Assembly (NCBI GenBank): GCA_030141605.1
Contig: JAQGDQ010000103.1
Span: 186,001 to 250,000, forward strand
Origin: Tubiluchus corallicola
Lineage: Eukaryota; Animalia; Priapulida
Reading direction: 5' to 3'
DNA: 64,000 nt
How positions within the stretch are numbered: position 1 is the first letter of the stretch; the number at the start of each line of letters is the position of its first letter. Positions 14,083-27,160 of this stretch are shown in pieces. Under the pieces are notes generated by a model. The model searched no databases. It saw only the letters and a program-made list of their open reading frames with translations, and was not told the DNA's origin. A program made the translations under genes and the position numbers.

Positions 14083-14649
14083 TTAAAGGAAAGGGCAAGT
14101 AATTAGCGTAATGGGTTTATCTTACTGTTATGACTTAAACTTAGAATCATATAACAAAGAAATTTGCAAATAAACTGTCTGCAAACCATAAAGTTAATTT
14201 ATACTGCTGCCGTATGCAAAATTTTCAGGCGCGGGAACAGCCACCATTCATTTGAAAAATATGACATAACTGGTGAACTTCGTGATTTTCATAAGAGCAT
14301 TGTGGCCTTCCGTAAATGCGCACTGCTTACACTAATTCAAACTTCTGCAGCTTACCCTCTGGTCGTATAAAAATATCACAAAATTAATTGTTTAACTTTT
14401 TGTAAAAGCTCATTATACTGTTAACGGAAATTGACACTGCTCTCCTTTTCGTCAGTCAACAAATGACGTCAATGGTGGAATAATGGGCGTTGAAAATGGG
14501 GCCGTCCTAGCGTGAAATGATCGCGACTTTAAAGTGATTTCACTAACTACATGCGGTGCTTATCACGCTTTTGTTACTAAATCATTTTAACATTTTTGGC
14601 GAACGTCGAAATGACACTAACTTCACATAAGGCCTGGCCTTTCATTTAA
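14083..14649 (+). mobile_element. Kolobok/T2-like MITE family A
   Basis: TTAA|AGGAAAGGGCAAG ... GGCCTTTCAT|TTAA; collinear with 6226-6795. Confidence 0.8.
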
Positions 14650-15114
14650 TGAGAAATTAGCAATTGAACATCTTTGCCGTCTGTCTGGTTTTTCTGTGGT
14701 AGTAGATTCATGACAACAAATATACCCAGTTTCTCGCTATTTTTAGGACGTTTGACAGTATTTTACTTGTATCCATTCTAATTTTTACTCTTTGTGGTAA
14801 TCCGTTGTGATAATAAACAAATGGAAAAGTGGCGTAGTCTATTTTTGTTCGAGAAACTTCGAAATGTAATAGCATAGAGGTGTCGCCACCTATCTTTGTT
14901 GCACAGGAAATCTCGCGGTTTTGTAGGGATTCGCACTAAAAGGGGTCATTTACGAGGAGCAATTCGAAAAACAAAATTGTAGCAGTATGTTACGTTTATT
15001 AAATGGTGAATGCAAATCTTGTTTTTACTTATTTTTTGCAAAAATGTTGAGCGGGAAGCCTGCCTCTTTAATTAAGTTATATAAGGGAGTTAATGAAGGT
15101 CACAATGCTTCTGA

Positions 15115-15490
15115 TTCGCTCAATAAGGTTTTTCACAGTTTCGTTATGCGCACGTGTAGTTACTGTAGGTCAAAGGTTAAGTGTCTTAACAGCCACCGTC
15201 AAGTGACATGTGGGTAAAGCAAAGCAGTCTGTCTCATCAGTCTAGTTGTTTTACGTAGACTTTACTTAATTATGCATTAGTCTGTGCATAGAGTCATTCA
15301 CTAGCAGGATATTACTTGGGAACAAGAAAAAATGGCCTAGGTAAGGTTCTAGTTAGCAGTTAAAACTGTTATTATTACAGTAGCATGGGCTGCGAGGCGT
15401 TGTCAAGCATACACAAATGCGTTGTCTGGTACACATAATCTTTAGCCTTTTCACGATCATCATCAATCGTTTGAACTGTGAAAAGGCTCA
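15115..15490 (+). repeat. Unclassified interspersed repeat family D
   Basis: Shares GCAAAGCAGTCTG, TATGCATTAGTCT and TTTTCACGATCATCATCAATC blocks with ~31975-32225, ~38810-39225 and, inverted, ~57205-57310. Confidence 0.75.
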
Positions 15491-15624
15491 TTGACAAGCA
15501 CGCTTTCACAGCCAGCGATTGGACAAATTTTGATAAACATGTGTTTTAATCACGCTTCTTCAGTCAGATTTGGTAATAAAATGGTGTTCGTCTTATAATC
15601 AAAATAGTCGCCAATTACATTTTT

Positions 15625-16322
15625 AAATTTGTAACCTTTTACATGCTGAAGGCTAGGGACAGAAAACTCACAGGGTACACTCTCTGGGAAAAGTTGTCTA
15701 CGTATACGTGTGATCCGAGTTGCCGGGTCAAAACTCACAGAGCGGTCGGATCTTCAGAGCTAGGGCCACAATACTTGGTATGTTGTTAGGTGGTGCTAAG
15801 TTTTTGGATATGGCAGAATATGGGTGATTTGGAGAGGGAAGATTTTCCGCTAGGAGGCAAAATCCGAAAAATGGGGGTTGGGAACACAAATGCATCAAGT
15901 GCATTAGAATAGTACCGCGTAGCATATCAAAGGAAATGTCTCGATGAGGCAGATCAAATGCATAGGTTACAATATGAATAGTTAACCCGCCACCCCGCTA
16001 GTGGGCAAAACAGGGGTCGAGGAGACAAATGCCTTCCAGGGTCTACCAAATGTAGCTTGTTGTACATCAGATGAAAGATCTCAATTAGACAAACTAAGTG
16101 ATATAAGCTATGCCAAGATTGTTGACCTTTGACCCGTTGGCGATGGGCTGAACAGTTAAATGCTGAAGTTTCATTGTGAAATGCACTTTCCATGTATTCA
16201 AGCAATTCAATGAAAGAAAATAAGCACTTTCAAAAAAGGCTGTCGTCTGTACATTTTTAAGGCTGAATTTTACAACTATTGTTTGCAAAATCTTCAGTTC
16301 CTGACCACATCAGAAACTTTGT
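15625..16322 (+). mobile_element. Helentron-associated (HINE/DINE-like) element, 5'-truncated
   Basis: Collinear with 27161-28215 (AAACTCACAGGGTACACTCTCTGGG, TCTCGATGAGGC); ends TGCAAAATCTT plus imperfect hairpin GTTCCTGACCACATCAGAAAC. Confidence 0.6.
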
Positions 16323-16915
16323 TAACCATTGTACAACTTTTTTTCATAGACTCTCTATTTTTCATGTTCTACATTTCGCAACTGAAAGAATCTAATTTAG
16401 ATTCACTACTACACTTTTGGTCTGTGAAGCAAAAAACTCAGTTGAAATTTACACCTTTACGCAGATCGTTTCCATTGTTGCCAAATGTCAGGATGATGAT
16501 GATGATGATGATAGGTCTTTATTAGCCTTTTTCTGTACAAACGTTATACAACTTTACATACACAGAGTGAATTATACAATACTATATGTTACACATTCTG
16601 TAATTAGCTTTCTAATGGTACGTATAACAGTACATATTTACAGTGATGTTAAAGGACAAGAGAATGAGTACCTGAAGTAGGTTTCAGAAAAATCCTTAAA
16701 AATTATATTACTTTACAGTATTTTCATACATATGTCGTACAAGCGTTTACAATGAATTTTTGTTTGTTTTCATTTTAAATCTTCCGCAATATTGTTGCGA
16801 CGGCGCCATTACATGACGCCACCTATGCAAACGTAAATCACAGGAAGATGAGGCAATGTTAAATTATGTACAAAAACTTTCCGTGCAAATCTATATTACA
16901 CAGTTTTTCGCTTAC

Positions 16916-16936
16916 CTGCTCGAAAGGCTTATGTAA
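16916..16936 (-). CDS. Weak candidate 21-nt microexon LHKPFEQ (phase 0-0)
   Basis: gctttgtgttatttctAG|TTACATAAGCCTTTCGAGCAG|GTAAG: strong sites on both sides; in phase with the 10569 acceptor. Confidence 0.25.
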
Positions 16937-16999
16937 CTAGAAATAACACAAAGCAAGTTAGTGCTGATACTAAATTTACTATTTAGTGTATACTATTTT

Positions 17000-17420
17000 T
17001 AGTCTCATACACAAGATTTAACTGTCATTTCCCAGTGCGTTTAGAGTAATACGTTTCGCCTGTTTGCGTCATATATGTCGAAGACGTTGTTATATCAAAT
17101 GCTCTGGATTCTGGGCTTGCATACCGCATTCACATAGCTCATCTCTGGCAAATTCAGTACGAGTCATCAACTCATTAAAATGTCCTTGTCCAGTCAATAA
17201 CTTCACTGCAGCTACTTCTACTCCTCTTTCGGATGTTCCAACTTTTAGAGTCTGATCTAAATTCTTATGCGTCGAATTGGCTGTAGTTTTCCCACGTAGC
17301 TGAGCATTAGTTTTTAGTTTATTACTCCATTTCATATCTAAATAAGCTTACGCATAATTTTGGCGGTAAACACGCTCTGATGTAACTCTGCCACATGTTC
17401 AGAGCGAATATTAATATTTT
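17000..17420 (-). mobile_element. LINE ORF2 C-terminal fragment (R1/I-group-like zinc knuckle)
   Basis: ORF 17090..17335 LLTGQGHFNELMTR..CECG..QNPEHLI resembles the LTGHG-x-F..C-x-CG..H-L-L..C motif. Confidence 0.7.
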
Positions 17421-17973
17421 TAGTTACTTTCAAGAAGTCTCTAACTTGCTCATGTGTAGCCGAAGTCTTCCAGTCCTGTGGGGTTGATGCTTCTACTCTG
17501 CACATTTTTTCTGTAATATGGCTTGTGAGAATATCATTAGAACAGCTATTTAGAACCTTTAAGAAAAACTTTACTCCTATTATTTTAGCGGTAAGGATGA
17601 CAGAAGGGACATCTTTTTCAGATAGTCAGATATATTTTAACTGGCGGAACTAAAGTAAGATATCTTTGACTTCAACGAACCAAAGTCTCTTTCAACAGAC
17701 ACAGTGACAAGCAAAAAATTTTACACGGCGGAAAATCAAACATGGAGAGCTTCTGTAATCAATACGAGTAAAATACTTTGCATATGCTCAGAAGCTGGAC
17801 AGGCACAGACACAGTGAAAGCTTTATTGAATTTGTACGCATATGTCATCTGAACTAATTTGCTTTGCCAGCCTAACTTTGTTTCCCCCGGGCAATGTCGG
17901 CATAGATCTGGTATGGCTTCATTTGATAAGGCCACTGAGGAGGCAAAATTTCACGAATGATCGGCTGCTGTCT

Positions 17974-18283
17974 GGTAATTTATATACCAGCCCTAAAAGT
18001 AAGTGAAACCAGGAAAAAGAGACGCTGGAAACAAGTCAAAGCCAAAGAGATTACCAGTACGTAAACGCAGTTGAGAACTTCTTTGTTCATGAATTGAACA
18101 CCAGATGGAGCCGGTAATCATTTAATGTGTGCTAATTTATATACCCAGCCCTAAAGGCAAGAGAAACCCGCAAACTAGGGAAAAGAGACGCCGGAAACAC
18201 GTCAAAACCAAAGCGGTTCCCAGTACACTAACGTGAATGAGAAGTTTTTGGTTAAAAGTTGAACACCAAGTGGAGCCGGTAAT
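17974..18283. repeat. Diverged tandem duplication, ~150-bp unit x2
   Basis: TAATTTATATACC(C)AGCCCTAAA..GAAAAAGAGACG..TTGAACACCA..GGAGCCGGTAAT occurs twice. Confidence 0.85.
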
Positions 18284-18966
18284 TGTTACATAATCTGTGG
18301 GTGAATTATAGGCCTATATAGAATTAGGGCATACGCCTTCATGGCCCTCCCACCTACCCCACTAAACCAATCAACCGATCAGAACCCTTTGCCATGGACT
18401 TGGCTGGACTACATTTGCGCTTCTTGGTTAAAAGGAAGAAATGGGTTATAAGATGGGGGCTTGCTCGAATACCTGTACAAAAGCGATCTCACAGCACTTT
18501 GTCTTGGATGGAATTGTGCCACAAGATGAGGCGGGTCCCTTTTAAAAGCACTTTTACCAGAGCCGATGACAATTTTGCTGTCGCACGCTCATTTTTGGGA
18601 CATTTTCGCTTGGAATACAATGGAGGAACAGAGAAACATTGTTTTGACGCCACCAATCATAGTCTGACTGTACGTTTGCTGGCTTCTTGTGTACACTGGG
18701 AAGGTGAGTTAGTAACATTTAACTAGTTGGGGCGAACAATTTACATCACTAAGAATTTTTTTCCAGTTACATAAATCTTTCGAACAGATAAGCGTAATAC
18801 TAAGTAGTATAACTTTGCGTGGAAAGTTTTTTGGAACATACTATAAAATTCCATTTTCTCCCCTTTTATAAACACTGACGTGGCTATGACACTGACGTAG
18901 GCGGTTGAAGCCCTGGCCTGTACCTGCTTCATTGCTCACATGCCAGCAGGCGCTAAATATTTGCAG

Positions 18967-19106
18967 GTCTTAGAGAAATTAATATCTGAACAGACCAGCT
19001 GCTCTAGCATTGAACACAATATCACTCTTGATAGCCCCGCCTCCGCGTGCAATGATGGAACCAGACCAAGCCAAGTCCCAGATGAGAAGCCAGCAGTAAG
19101 CGACAG
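18967..19106 (+). CDS. Weak candidate internal exon VLEKLISEQTSCSSIEHNITLDSPASACNDGTRPSQVPDEKPAVSD, phase 0->2
   Basis: atatttgcAG|...GACAG|GTAATT; 140 nt open; GC-richer unique sequence; in phase with 7608-7660. Confidence 0.3.
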
Positions 19107-19312
19107 GTAATTAATGTAACTGATCCAGCTTCAGAGGATTACCAGTGAACAAGCCTTTGAGGTAGATTTATGCGGCTTTGATGTATCAATCCAAAGTCAA
19201 CTGCTGCTGCACTCAAACAAGAGAGACCAACAAAAACTAAAACAAAGGCTTGTTAAAATCTGACGGTTATAGTGCATTTAAAACTTGAATAAAACTTTTC
19301 GACTAAGCAGAC

Positions 19313-19374
19313 AAGAGAGGGGGAAGAAAGATGGAGGGAAGGGGAGGGAGAGAGAGGGGGAGGCAGAGTGAGAC

Positions 19375-19412
<38 letters not shown>

Positions 19413-19477
19413 GGAGTTAGAGAGAGAGAGAGAGAAGGAGAGGGAGAGAGAGAGAGAGAGAGGGAAGGAGAGAGAGG

Positions 19478-19561
<84 letters not shown>

Positions 19562-19655
19562 GAGAGAGAGTGAGAGAGAGAGGGAGAGAGAGTGAGAGAG
19601 GGAGAGAGGGAAAGAGAGAGTGAGAGAGAGAGAGAGGAAGACAGAGAGAGAAAGA
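19313..19655. repeat. (GA)n microsatellite
   Basis: Directly visible. Confidence 0.97.
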
Positions 19656-21476
19656 GCTTTTGAGGGGGAAGGGGAGGAGAGGGCAGTTTTGTGAAGCAAA
19701 AGTGCCGATATTTCAAGTATTAGGTTTCTAAATTTCTAAGGCTTCTTACTTGCCAACAAACTGTTAGAATCGAACTATCCCAAAACCACCGGGATAGAAT
19801 GTTTTCCGTGTAAACAAGAAAAGGACAGTTCTGTAAGATTCTGTAACAAGCTGAGCCACATCAGTTCACGTGTTCCCAATTTGATTTAGCTTCAGTTGCA
19901 AAGCATTTCATTGCTCCGTGGGACGTTTTGCTGTTAAAATGAGGCATTTCAGCATCTGCTACTGATAAAACAGACGTTTCACTCGTCTCGCTGGTTTACT
20001 TTAATGACGTGAATGGCTTCTCTAGTACAAGTGACCAGCACACGACTTTTCAAGCACGAATGCTAAAAAAATGAAACTTGCGGAGGCAGACAAAAGAAGA
20101 AAAGAAAAAGAATGATCGAAGAAAGAAAAAGAGAATGAAAGAAAGATAATACAGGGATTAAAATAAAAAAGAAGTAAAACAAAGCATAAAATAAACGAGA
20201 ATATGAAAAAGACTAGTCGTAAAAACAAAAGTACGAGAATAAAATGAAAAACAAAGGAAAAGAAAAATTTTGAGGAAAAAACGATGAAACAAAATCAATT
20301 TTCGTTCAACTTATTCTGCCAGACCATTTCTTGAGAGCACTATAGAAAACCGTCTATACTATTCCCAGGAGGAAAAAGCAGACAATCTGACAATTTGGAT
20401 TAACACTGAGACATCTCCACTGATGACAAATGATGCATAAAACTACAACACATGCCAGAATCTTCCACTTTTATTGCTCCATAATCTTTTCCATTATTAA
20501 CTGAACGCTGATTGGTGGCAATAGTTGCTGTCCCACAAGAGACACCCTTGAAGCCAAATTACCAATAACCCTCCCTCTTTGTTATGATAGTCATTACACT
20601 AAACAATCAGATGCATCTGATTTATGTTATCGTATTGTCAAGTTGATTTGGAAATCAGTAAAAAATACTTTTTTAAACTACAGATAGGCTGCTGAATTAC
20701 GTGTATTCGTTTTGGCTGTAAACTGAGTAAATATATGTATATATTCCCGAAAATCCAGTTAACTATAATGTATAGGATACCATTTTATTAAGTCTTATTT
20801 AATTGCATAAGACACTTTTCACTCATACCACATTTTGTTTTGGCGCAAAATGCAGAGTTAATCCTAAACTCAAGAGAACCGCAAAGAAACCCGAAAGACG
20901 TTACTAAACTTAATCATTTTTGCTGTTGGCTAAATTTTCAGCTTCTTGTTTTGCTTACTAACCTATTAATTTGTAAAAAACGATTAACATTTTTACGACA
21001 TGAAGGCAGCCCCTGGTGTATACGGTAGTAGCTTCAAATTTCGACAAACTATAACTCTTCACCCGCGTTTTCTAATGAAAAAAGAGTACCGCTAAGCTTA
21101 TTATATTAATTACTTTACTTTAACGTGGTATCCCATGTCTGACAGCAATGTAACAAACAAGAAATAATAGATTCATAATTTCTAACTCCAGTTTCCTAAA
21201 CTTTAATACTTAAGAATATTTTATCTGTCTTTAAACTATACGAATGAATACACTGTGGCACAGTCACTGAATTTATTACATAAAACCAGCTATCTTTAAA
21301 GTCACGCTTTTTATTTTCACTTTTTCAAAGTCATATCTTTTGTTTATAGTAGTGCACCTGGTCAATACTAGTCAGTGACAGTAGTTACCTTCATATTTCT
21401 GCACATCACTTTCTATATTAAGTTACCTGTAACAGTAATTTATTTTCAACGTCGTACCTTTTACTTTCTGTGTTAC

Positions 21477-21910
21477 CAGGGGCGTAGCCAGGTTCTAAAG
21501 TTAGGGGAAGCATGCACATAAAAAGATTCCGTGACACATACCAAATAATTTTCAACAGTAGTAATAAATAATTTACAGAAGGCTTACTACTAGACAATCG
21601 TGTGACAAGAATATATTATAAGAATTGGATTTGGGCAATTTGATTCTTCGTTCAATCAGTTAATCTTGACAAATGAGTTGCATAGATGGACGCTCATTTC
21701 AAAAACACGAGAGGCACGTTGGTCAAATCAAGTAATAACTCCAGAAAATCTTCCAAGGCCATGCAATTAAAAAATAAATAAAAAAGGATTCGACTTTTAT
21801 CGCAGTAGTGAACGAAAGAGCTAAAAAATTGTTGAAAAGGTGCCAATTTTGAAAAATGTGCTCGGAGGGAGCGGTTCCTTCCCTGGCTCCTTTTATAAGC
21901 TATGCCACTG
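21477..21910 (+). mobile_element. hAT-superfamily MITE with perfect 8-bp TSD
   Basis: TIRs CAGGGGCGTAGC / GCTATGCCACTG flanked on both sides by TGTGTTAC. Confidence 0.9.
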
Positions 21911-22074
21911 TGTGTTACCACATCATGAACAATGGTGGCGAAATTGAAAAGTCTCGCTTTTTCAATTTCAAAAGGTTCAAAGTCACGATTTTTTCTTTCA
22001 ATTTTCCCGCCACGTCAAGTGACAGTAATTATGCACATTAACACGTATCGTCAAAGTCACACGTTTTGCCACAC

Positions 22075-22432
22075 CTTTTGCTTTAAATTTTGCTGCTCTA
22101 CCCCCGGCAAAAACTTTTCTAAAATTCGTGCCTTTTGCGTTCAATTTTACCGCTCAACCTGTCCAATATTTCTTCAAATTCATGGCTTTTGCTCTCAATT
22201 TTACCGGTTAACCTGTGGCAACATATTTTTTTCAAATTCGTGGCTTTTGCTTTCTGTTTGACCGCTCAACCTGTGAAAATATTTTATTTGAAATTCGTAG
22301 CTTTTGCTTTCAGTTTGACCGCTCAGCCTGTGGCAATATTTTTCAAATTCGTGGCCTTTGCGTTGAATTTTATCGCTCAAGCTGTGGCGGTGTTTTTTAA
22401 AATTCTTGGCTTTTGCTGTCAATTTTACAGCC
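22075..22432. repeat. ~60-bp minisatellite, about 6 copies
   Basis: Unit ~TTTTCAAATTCGTGGCTTTTGCTTTCAGTTTGACCGCTCAACCTGTGGCAATA; explains ORFs 21932-22473. Confidence 0.9.
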
Positions 22433-22914
22433 TAGTCATATGGCTCGCGCTCTCTATACTGATATTTGATTAAATTTCCGCTGAATTATGCGTTTATTTC
22501 CCCAGTGTGAATTTCCCATGTCTTCCCTGCTGAATACAACAAATCATGACCTTTAGTATTTTAGTTTCTGACTGGATACATCCCTGTTCCAATTTGTTCT
22601 TTTCTAATTTACGACCGCACTTTTCAAGCCTGGATTAGCTTTATCTAAAAAATCGGAACTCCTCTGGGGAGCTAACGTTATTTTCGTTCAATGTTTTACA
22701 GCTGTGACACGTCGAACTTGATGCCGAAAAGGCTTCGTTTCATATAAGACGTTAGATTTTCGCCCATTGGGTTTGGAAGACATCTTTGACATGATGTATG
22801 CAGGACTTTGAGTTTGTCAGTTTGAGGGGCCAGTTCTTCTGTCTATTTTAGCAAATGTATGCCTTCCCTTGATATTTTGAAAATTGAAAAAGTGACAATA
22901 AACATTTTGATTTT

Positions 22915-23503
<589 letters not shown>

Positions 23504-24312
23504 TGACACGATTATTTTTCCTCTATCAGTTATGTCTTTTTGCCCCAACTTCCTCTATACAGTTGAATAAGTGCCTCCTTTTCTAGGTCACATAAGCATA
23601 TTACCGTGAAGATGATAAATTTTCTCTTATCACTTAGGTGTTTTTGGCCCAACTTCCCTTTAACAGCCCTTCCCCTTCTAGTTTCAAAATAACCAATTTG
23701 AAATCAAATGCACATATCACGTACCATACACCGCTTTGTAATTATTATTAACACTTTAGTGGAAGCCCAGTTGACCTAGTCAGTCTAAATCTAGGCTAGA
23801 TTGGCTTCTCGGCTCAGCGTGACATTCGATTCTCAGCTACATTCGCCGCCGACTACTATTATGGTGAATGCCTCCATTATAAACTTATTCTTATAACAGC
23901 AGTGTTTACGTTAGACTTGTCTGCATTTAATAATTAAAGCTCTCTGTTGACACAAAAGTCGTGTTTTCAGGCTTAACATGTTACGGGAGCGTTTCTAAGG
24001 CAAGACATTTACACCGTATCGACACAGTTATTCAATAACCTTGTTCAATATTTGCGCCTAGTGCAAAAGTGAATGCGTTTATTGAACAACTCTGATAGAA
24101 TAATAATGGAGACGGGTGTGGGAAAACTTGCGAAATGAAACCAGTTTAGGCTTTATTAAACAGACATGATACATGTGAACAGGCCTGCAGATGCAGATAT
24201 GATACAAGCCACTGCTTTTTAAAAGTTTTATGATATCTAAGTCAAAAAATAAATTAAATTAAGATTATCGTAACGACGCATCAGAATAGACGTACAGCAA
24301 AGTCAGTCAGCC

Positions 24313-24315
<3 letters not shown>

Positions 24316-24388
<73 letters not shown>

Positions 24389-24695
24389 CCCCACCTCTTT
24401 CTCAACTTTCCTTCTCTCTCTCCTCTCTCACTCATTCTCTACCTGTCCCGCAGCTTCCTCCTCTCTTCGCTCTTGCTCACTCTCCACCTCTCCCTCAGCT
24501 TCCCCCTGTCTCCCCTCTCTTTCACTTCCCACCTCTCCTTCAGCTTCCCCCTCTTTCCTCTTTCCCCCAGTTTCCTCCTCTCTCCTCTCTCACTCACTCC
24601 CCACCTCTCCCTCAGCTTCCTCCTCTCTCACTCACTCTACATCTCTTTCTTTTCTTCACACTTTCTTTCCTTTCTCACTCTCCACCTCTCGCTCT
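24316..24695. repeat. (CT)n followed by CT-rich low-complexity repeats
   Basis: Directly visible. Confidence 0.92.
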
Positions 24696-24989
24696 TGGCT
24701 GCTGTCCACATCTCAACAACAAAAACGAAAACAAAAAAAAAGACGGAAAGCAAGCTACTTTACGTCGAGACAAATTGGGTGTCGCAAACATTACCAGAAA
24801 CAAAATTCAAGCAAACAACGTTAATGTCATAACAAACAAAGTCAAAACGAACCGGGATAAAATAAACAATTTTAAAACAAACAATGTCAAACGATCGCAG
24901 AACGATGCACAAAGTGTCAACATTCATATTTTCCCACTAATTTTTTAATTGCTAACTTCTATTGGTGTAAATAGAAATTTGGCAATTGC

Positions 24990-25524
24990 TTGCAGAATTG
25001 TTTTTTAGTAGAGCAGGGTAATTTTAATGCATTCTTGTCTAGAATTGGACTAATATCAGATGCTTCTTGTACATGCGGGGCGGAACTACAAACACCCATA
25101 CATTTGTTATGTGAATGTCCTCGTACAGATGTTATGGCTAGACATGAATTTAGAGATAAATTAAAAATTCGAGAGCTGCAGCGCATTTATATAGAAAGAA
25201 AAGAAGATGTGCTTTTATGAATACAGTCCGAGATACTTTTATACTGGAAACTCTGCTAAATAAGCTTAATTATTAGATTTTTTAGCTAATGTATTAATAA
25301 GTTAGTATATGAAATAATGTAATAATAATGTTAGCGTATAAATAATGATGTCTTGCGCATATTGTACAAAACTTTTGTATAACTTCACAGTCTGTTTTGT
25401 AAATATGTATAACAGATAATTAGACCACTATTTATTTACATTATCTATTATATTGTGTATGTTGAATGTATATGTATTTTTGTACCTGTAATTAGAGGTA
25501 AATGAAAGACTTATAATAAAAAAA
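24990..25524 (+). mobile_element. LINE 3' fragment (R1/I-group-like zinc knuckle + 3' UTR + A tail)
   Basis: QGNFNAFLSRIGLISDASCTCGAELQTPIHLLCECP (C-x-C..H..C knuckle); AT-rich UTR ending TAATAAAAAAA. Confidence 0.78.
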
Positions 25525-25938
25525 TCTGTTGACGAAACAGGATGCAACTGCCATGTTTGAGACAAGCAACTTTACCAGACATTTTTTTATCGGATTTAAT
25601 GTTTACAGCTTTTGCAGGCTAACTTCCCTGCTGCAGAGGATTATAAAATTCCACAGAATGATATGCGTGTATTAAAAGGCATTAGCTTGTGTAAGTCTGA
25701 TAAATTCATAAACCATGTGGATCGATTTACTAAGCTAATTATGCTGCCGTCGGTAAATAAAGCTTAAAATCTACGCAGGATATTAGTTCTCAACCATAAA
25801 AATAGACCATAAGAAACTGTATAAGCTTTGAAGGAACTGAAACACAGTAAGAACAGCGTGAAACTGTATTAACGAATGAACATGCGTTAAAATGAATTGT
25901 TGTTGAAGAGCGTATTGAAACAAACAGCCCTAAAAGTT

Positions 25939-26422
25939 GAAGCGCAAAAACATTCTTCATAAATAAAACTTAAAAATCCGTCTTCAAATTTTGAACCACT
26001 GTCATATTGCACACAGAGCTTGCGTTAGCAGTAACGCTGTATAAAACTTGTAAATTTAAACTCCCGCGTTAGACGTGGTCATTTTAGCGGCAAGTCGTTT
26101 GAAACACGTTTAGATAACACTGCACAAGATTTGACAAAATAATCAGAGCATTCGTGGTGCATTCTTTACTAACTAAGCAAAAGTTTAAATTACTTTATAT
26201 TGTCAGTAAGATCAATAATGTGTTTTTTGGTGAATCAGTGGTGCACACTGGGATGGCGATGCAGTGTTGTTTACCAGTTGGTGAGAACGTTTTAACTCGT
26301 TAAGAATTTCCTTTTCCAGTTCCATAAGTCTTCAAACAGGTAAGCTTAGTGCTAACTAATGTAACTTTGTATGGAAAGGTCTTTGGGATATCCTTTAAAA
26401 TTCCCCTTTCTTCCTCTTCAAA
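25939..26422 (+). mobile_element. Kolobok/T2-like MITE family C
   Basis: Collinear with 9337-9817. Confidence 0.75.
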
Positions 26423-26804
26423 ATGATATATATTCTGTACGAGCATTCATCCATTTGCTCAATTTTTCTGTGGAATCCTGCATGTTAAGAGATTAATACA
26501 GCATTTAGCGGTAACAGTGTTTCAAAGACGCCAGAAGCAAAAGTTCTAAGTGAAACTTGATGACGAAAAGTTTTTAGTGGAGAATTTAATTTCAATGCAA
26601 AAAACTGTTTGAGTAAATCGTGGTCTCGTTCTACGCATTCCAAGTCGCGCAAGTCGCAATGAAAACGGAAACATTAAATGTTTTAGCTGGGAGGGGGTGC
26701 TCGAAATGTTATAGAACTAGCAAATTCTATTATTGTCCAGGATCTGAAAAGCTGCCTGGTGCAGTGCAGTTGACTTTCAGAAACATGTGTGGACAGCTTG
26801 AATT

Positions 26805-26837
<33 letters not shown>

Positions 26838-27160
26838 GTGGTCTAGTACTAGTAGTAGTAGTAGTAGTAGAGATTGTTTATTTTAGTGACACATTTTTAT
26901 TTACATCAGTAAGACTTATAGTGTTATAATGTTATAAAAAAATTGAAAAGTCAGCCGTTTAGGCTTACGCGTCACAATTACTATAAACTACACATACATT
27001 TTTATCATAAAGAAAACTGGTTGGTGTGAAACTATGCAATTATCGTTAGTCAACATTTTTACAAAATTAATATGTAATGTATACAGGGTTCAGCTAACCT
27101 CTTAATACCATAAGTTCTATTCGATTATCGAAATTTAAAGACGACGATTACTTATATAAT

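Noticed and set aside
19750-19830. Minus-strand 81-nt open exon candidate (NCPFLVYTENILSRWFWDSSILTVCWQ)
   Set aside because: AG/GT are present but the donor context is weak and nothing else supports it; compatible with chance.
23850-23875. miR-124-like GGTGAATGCC
   Set aside because: The seed region TAAGGCAC is absent.
26806-26870. (CTA)n/(TAG)n inverted microsatellite hairpin
   Set aside because: Simple-repeat strand switch with no sign of function.
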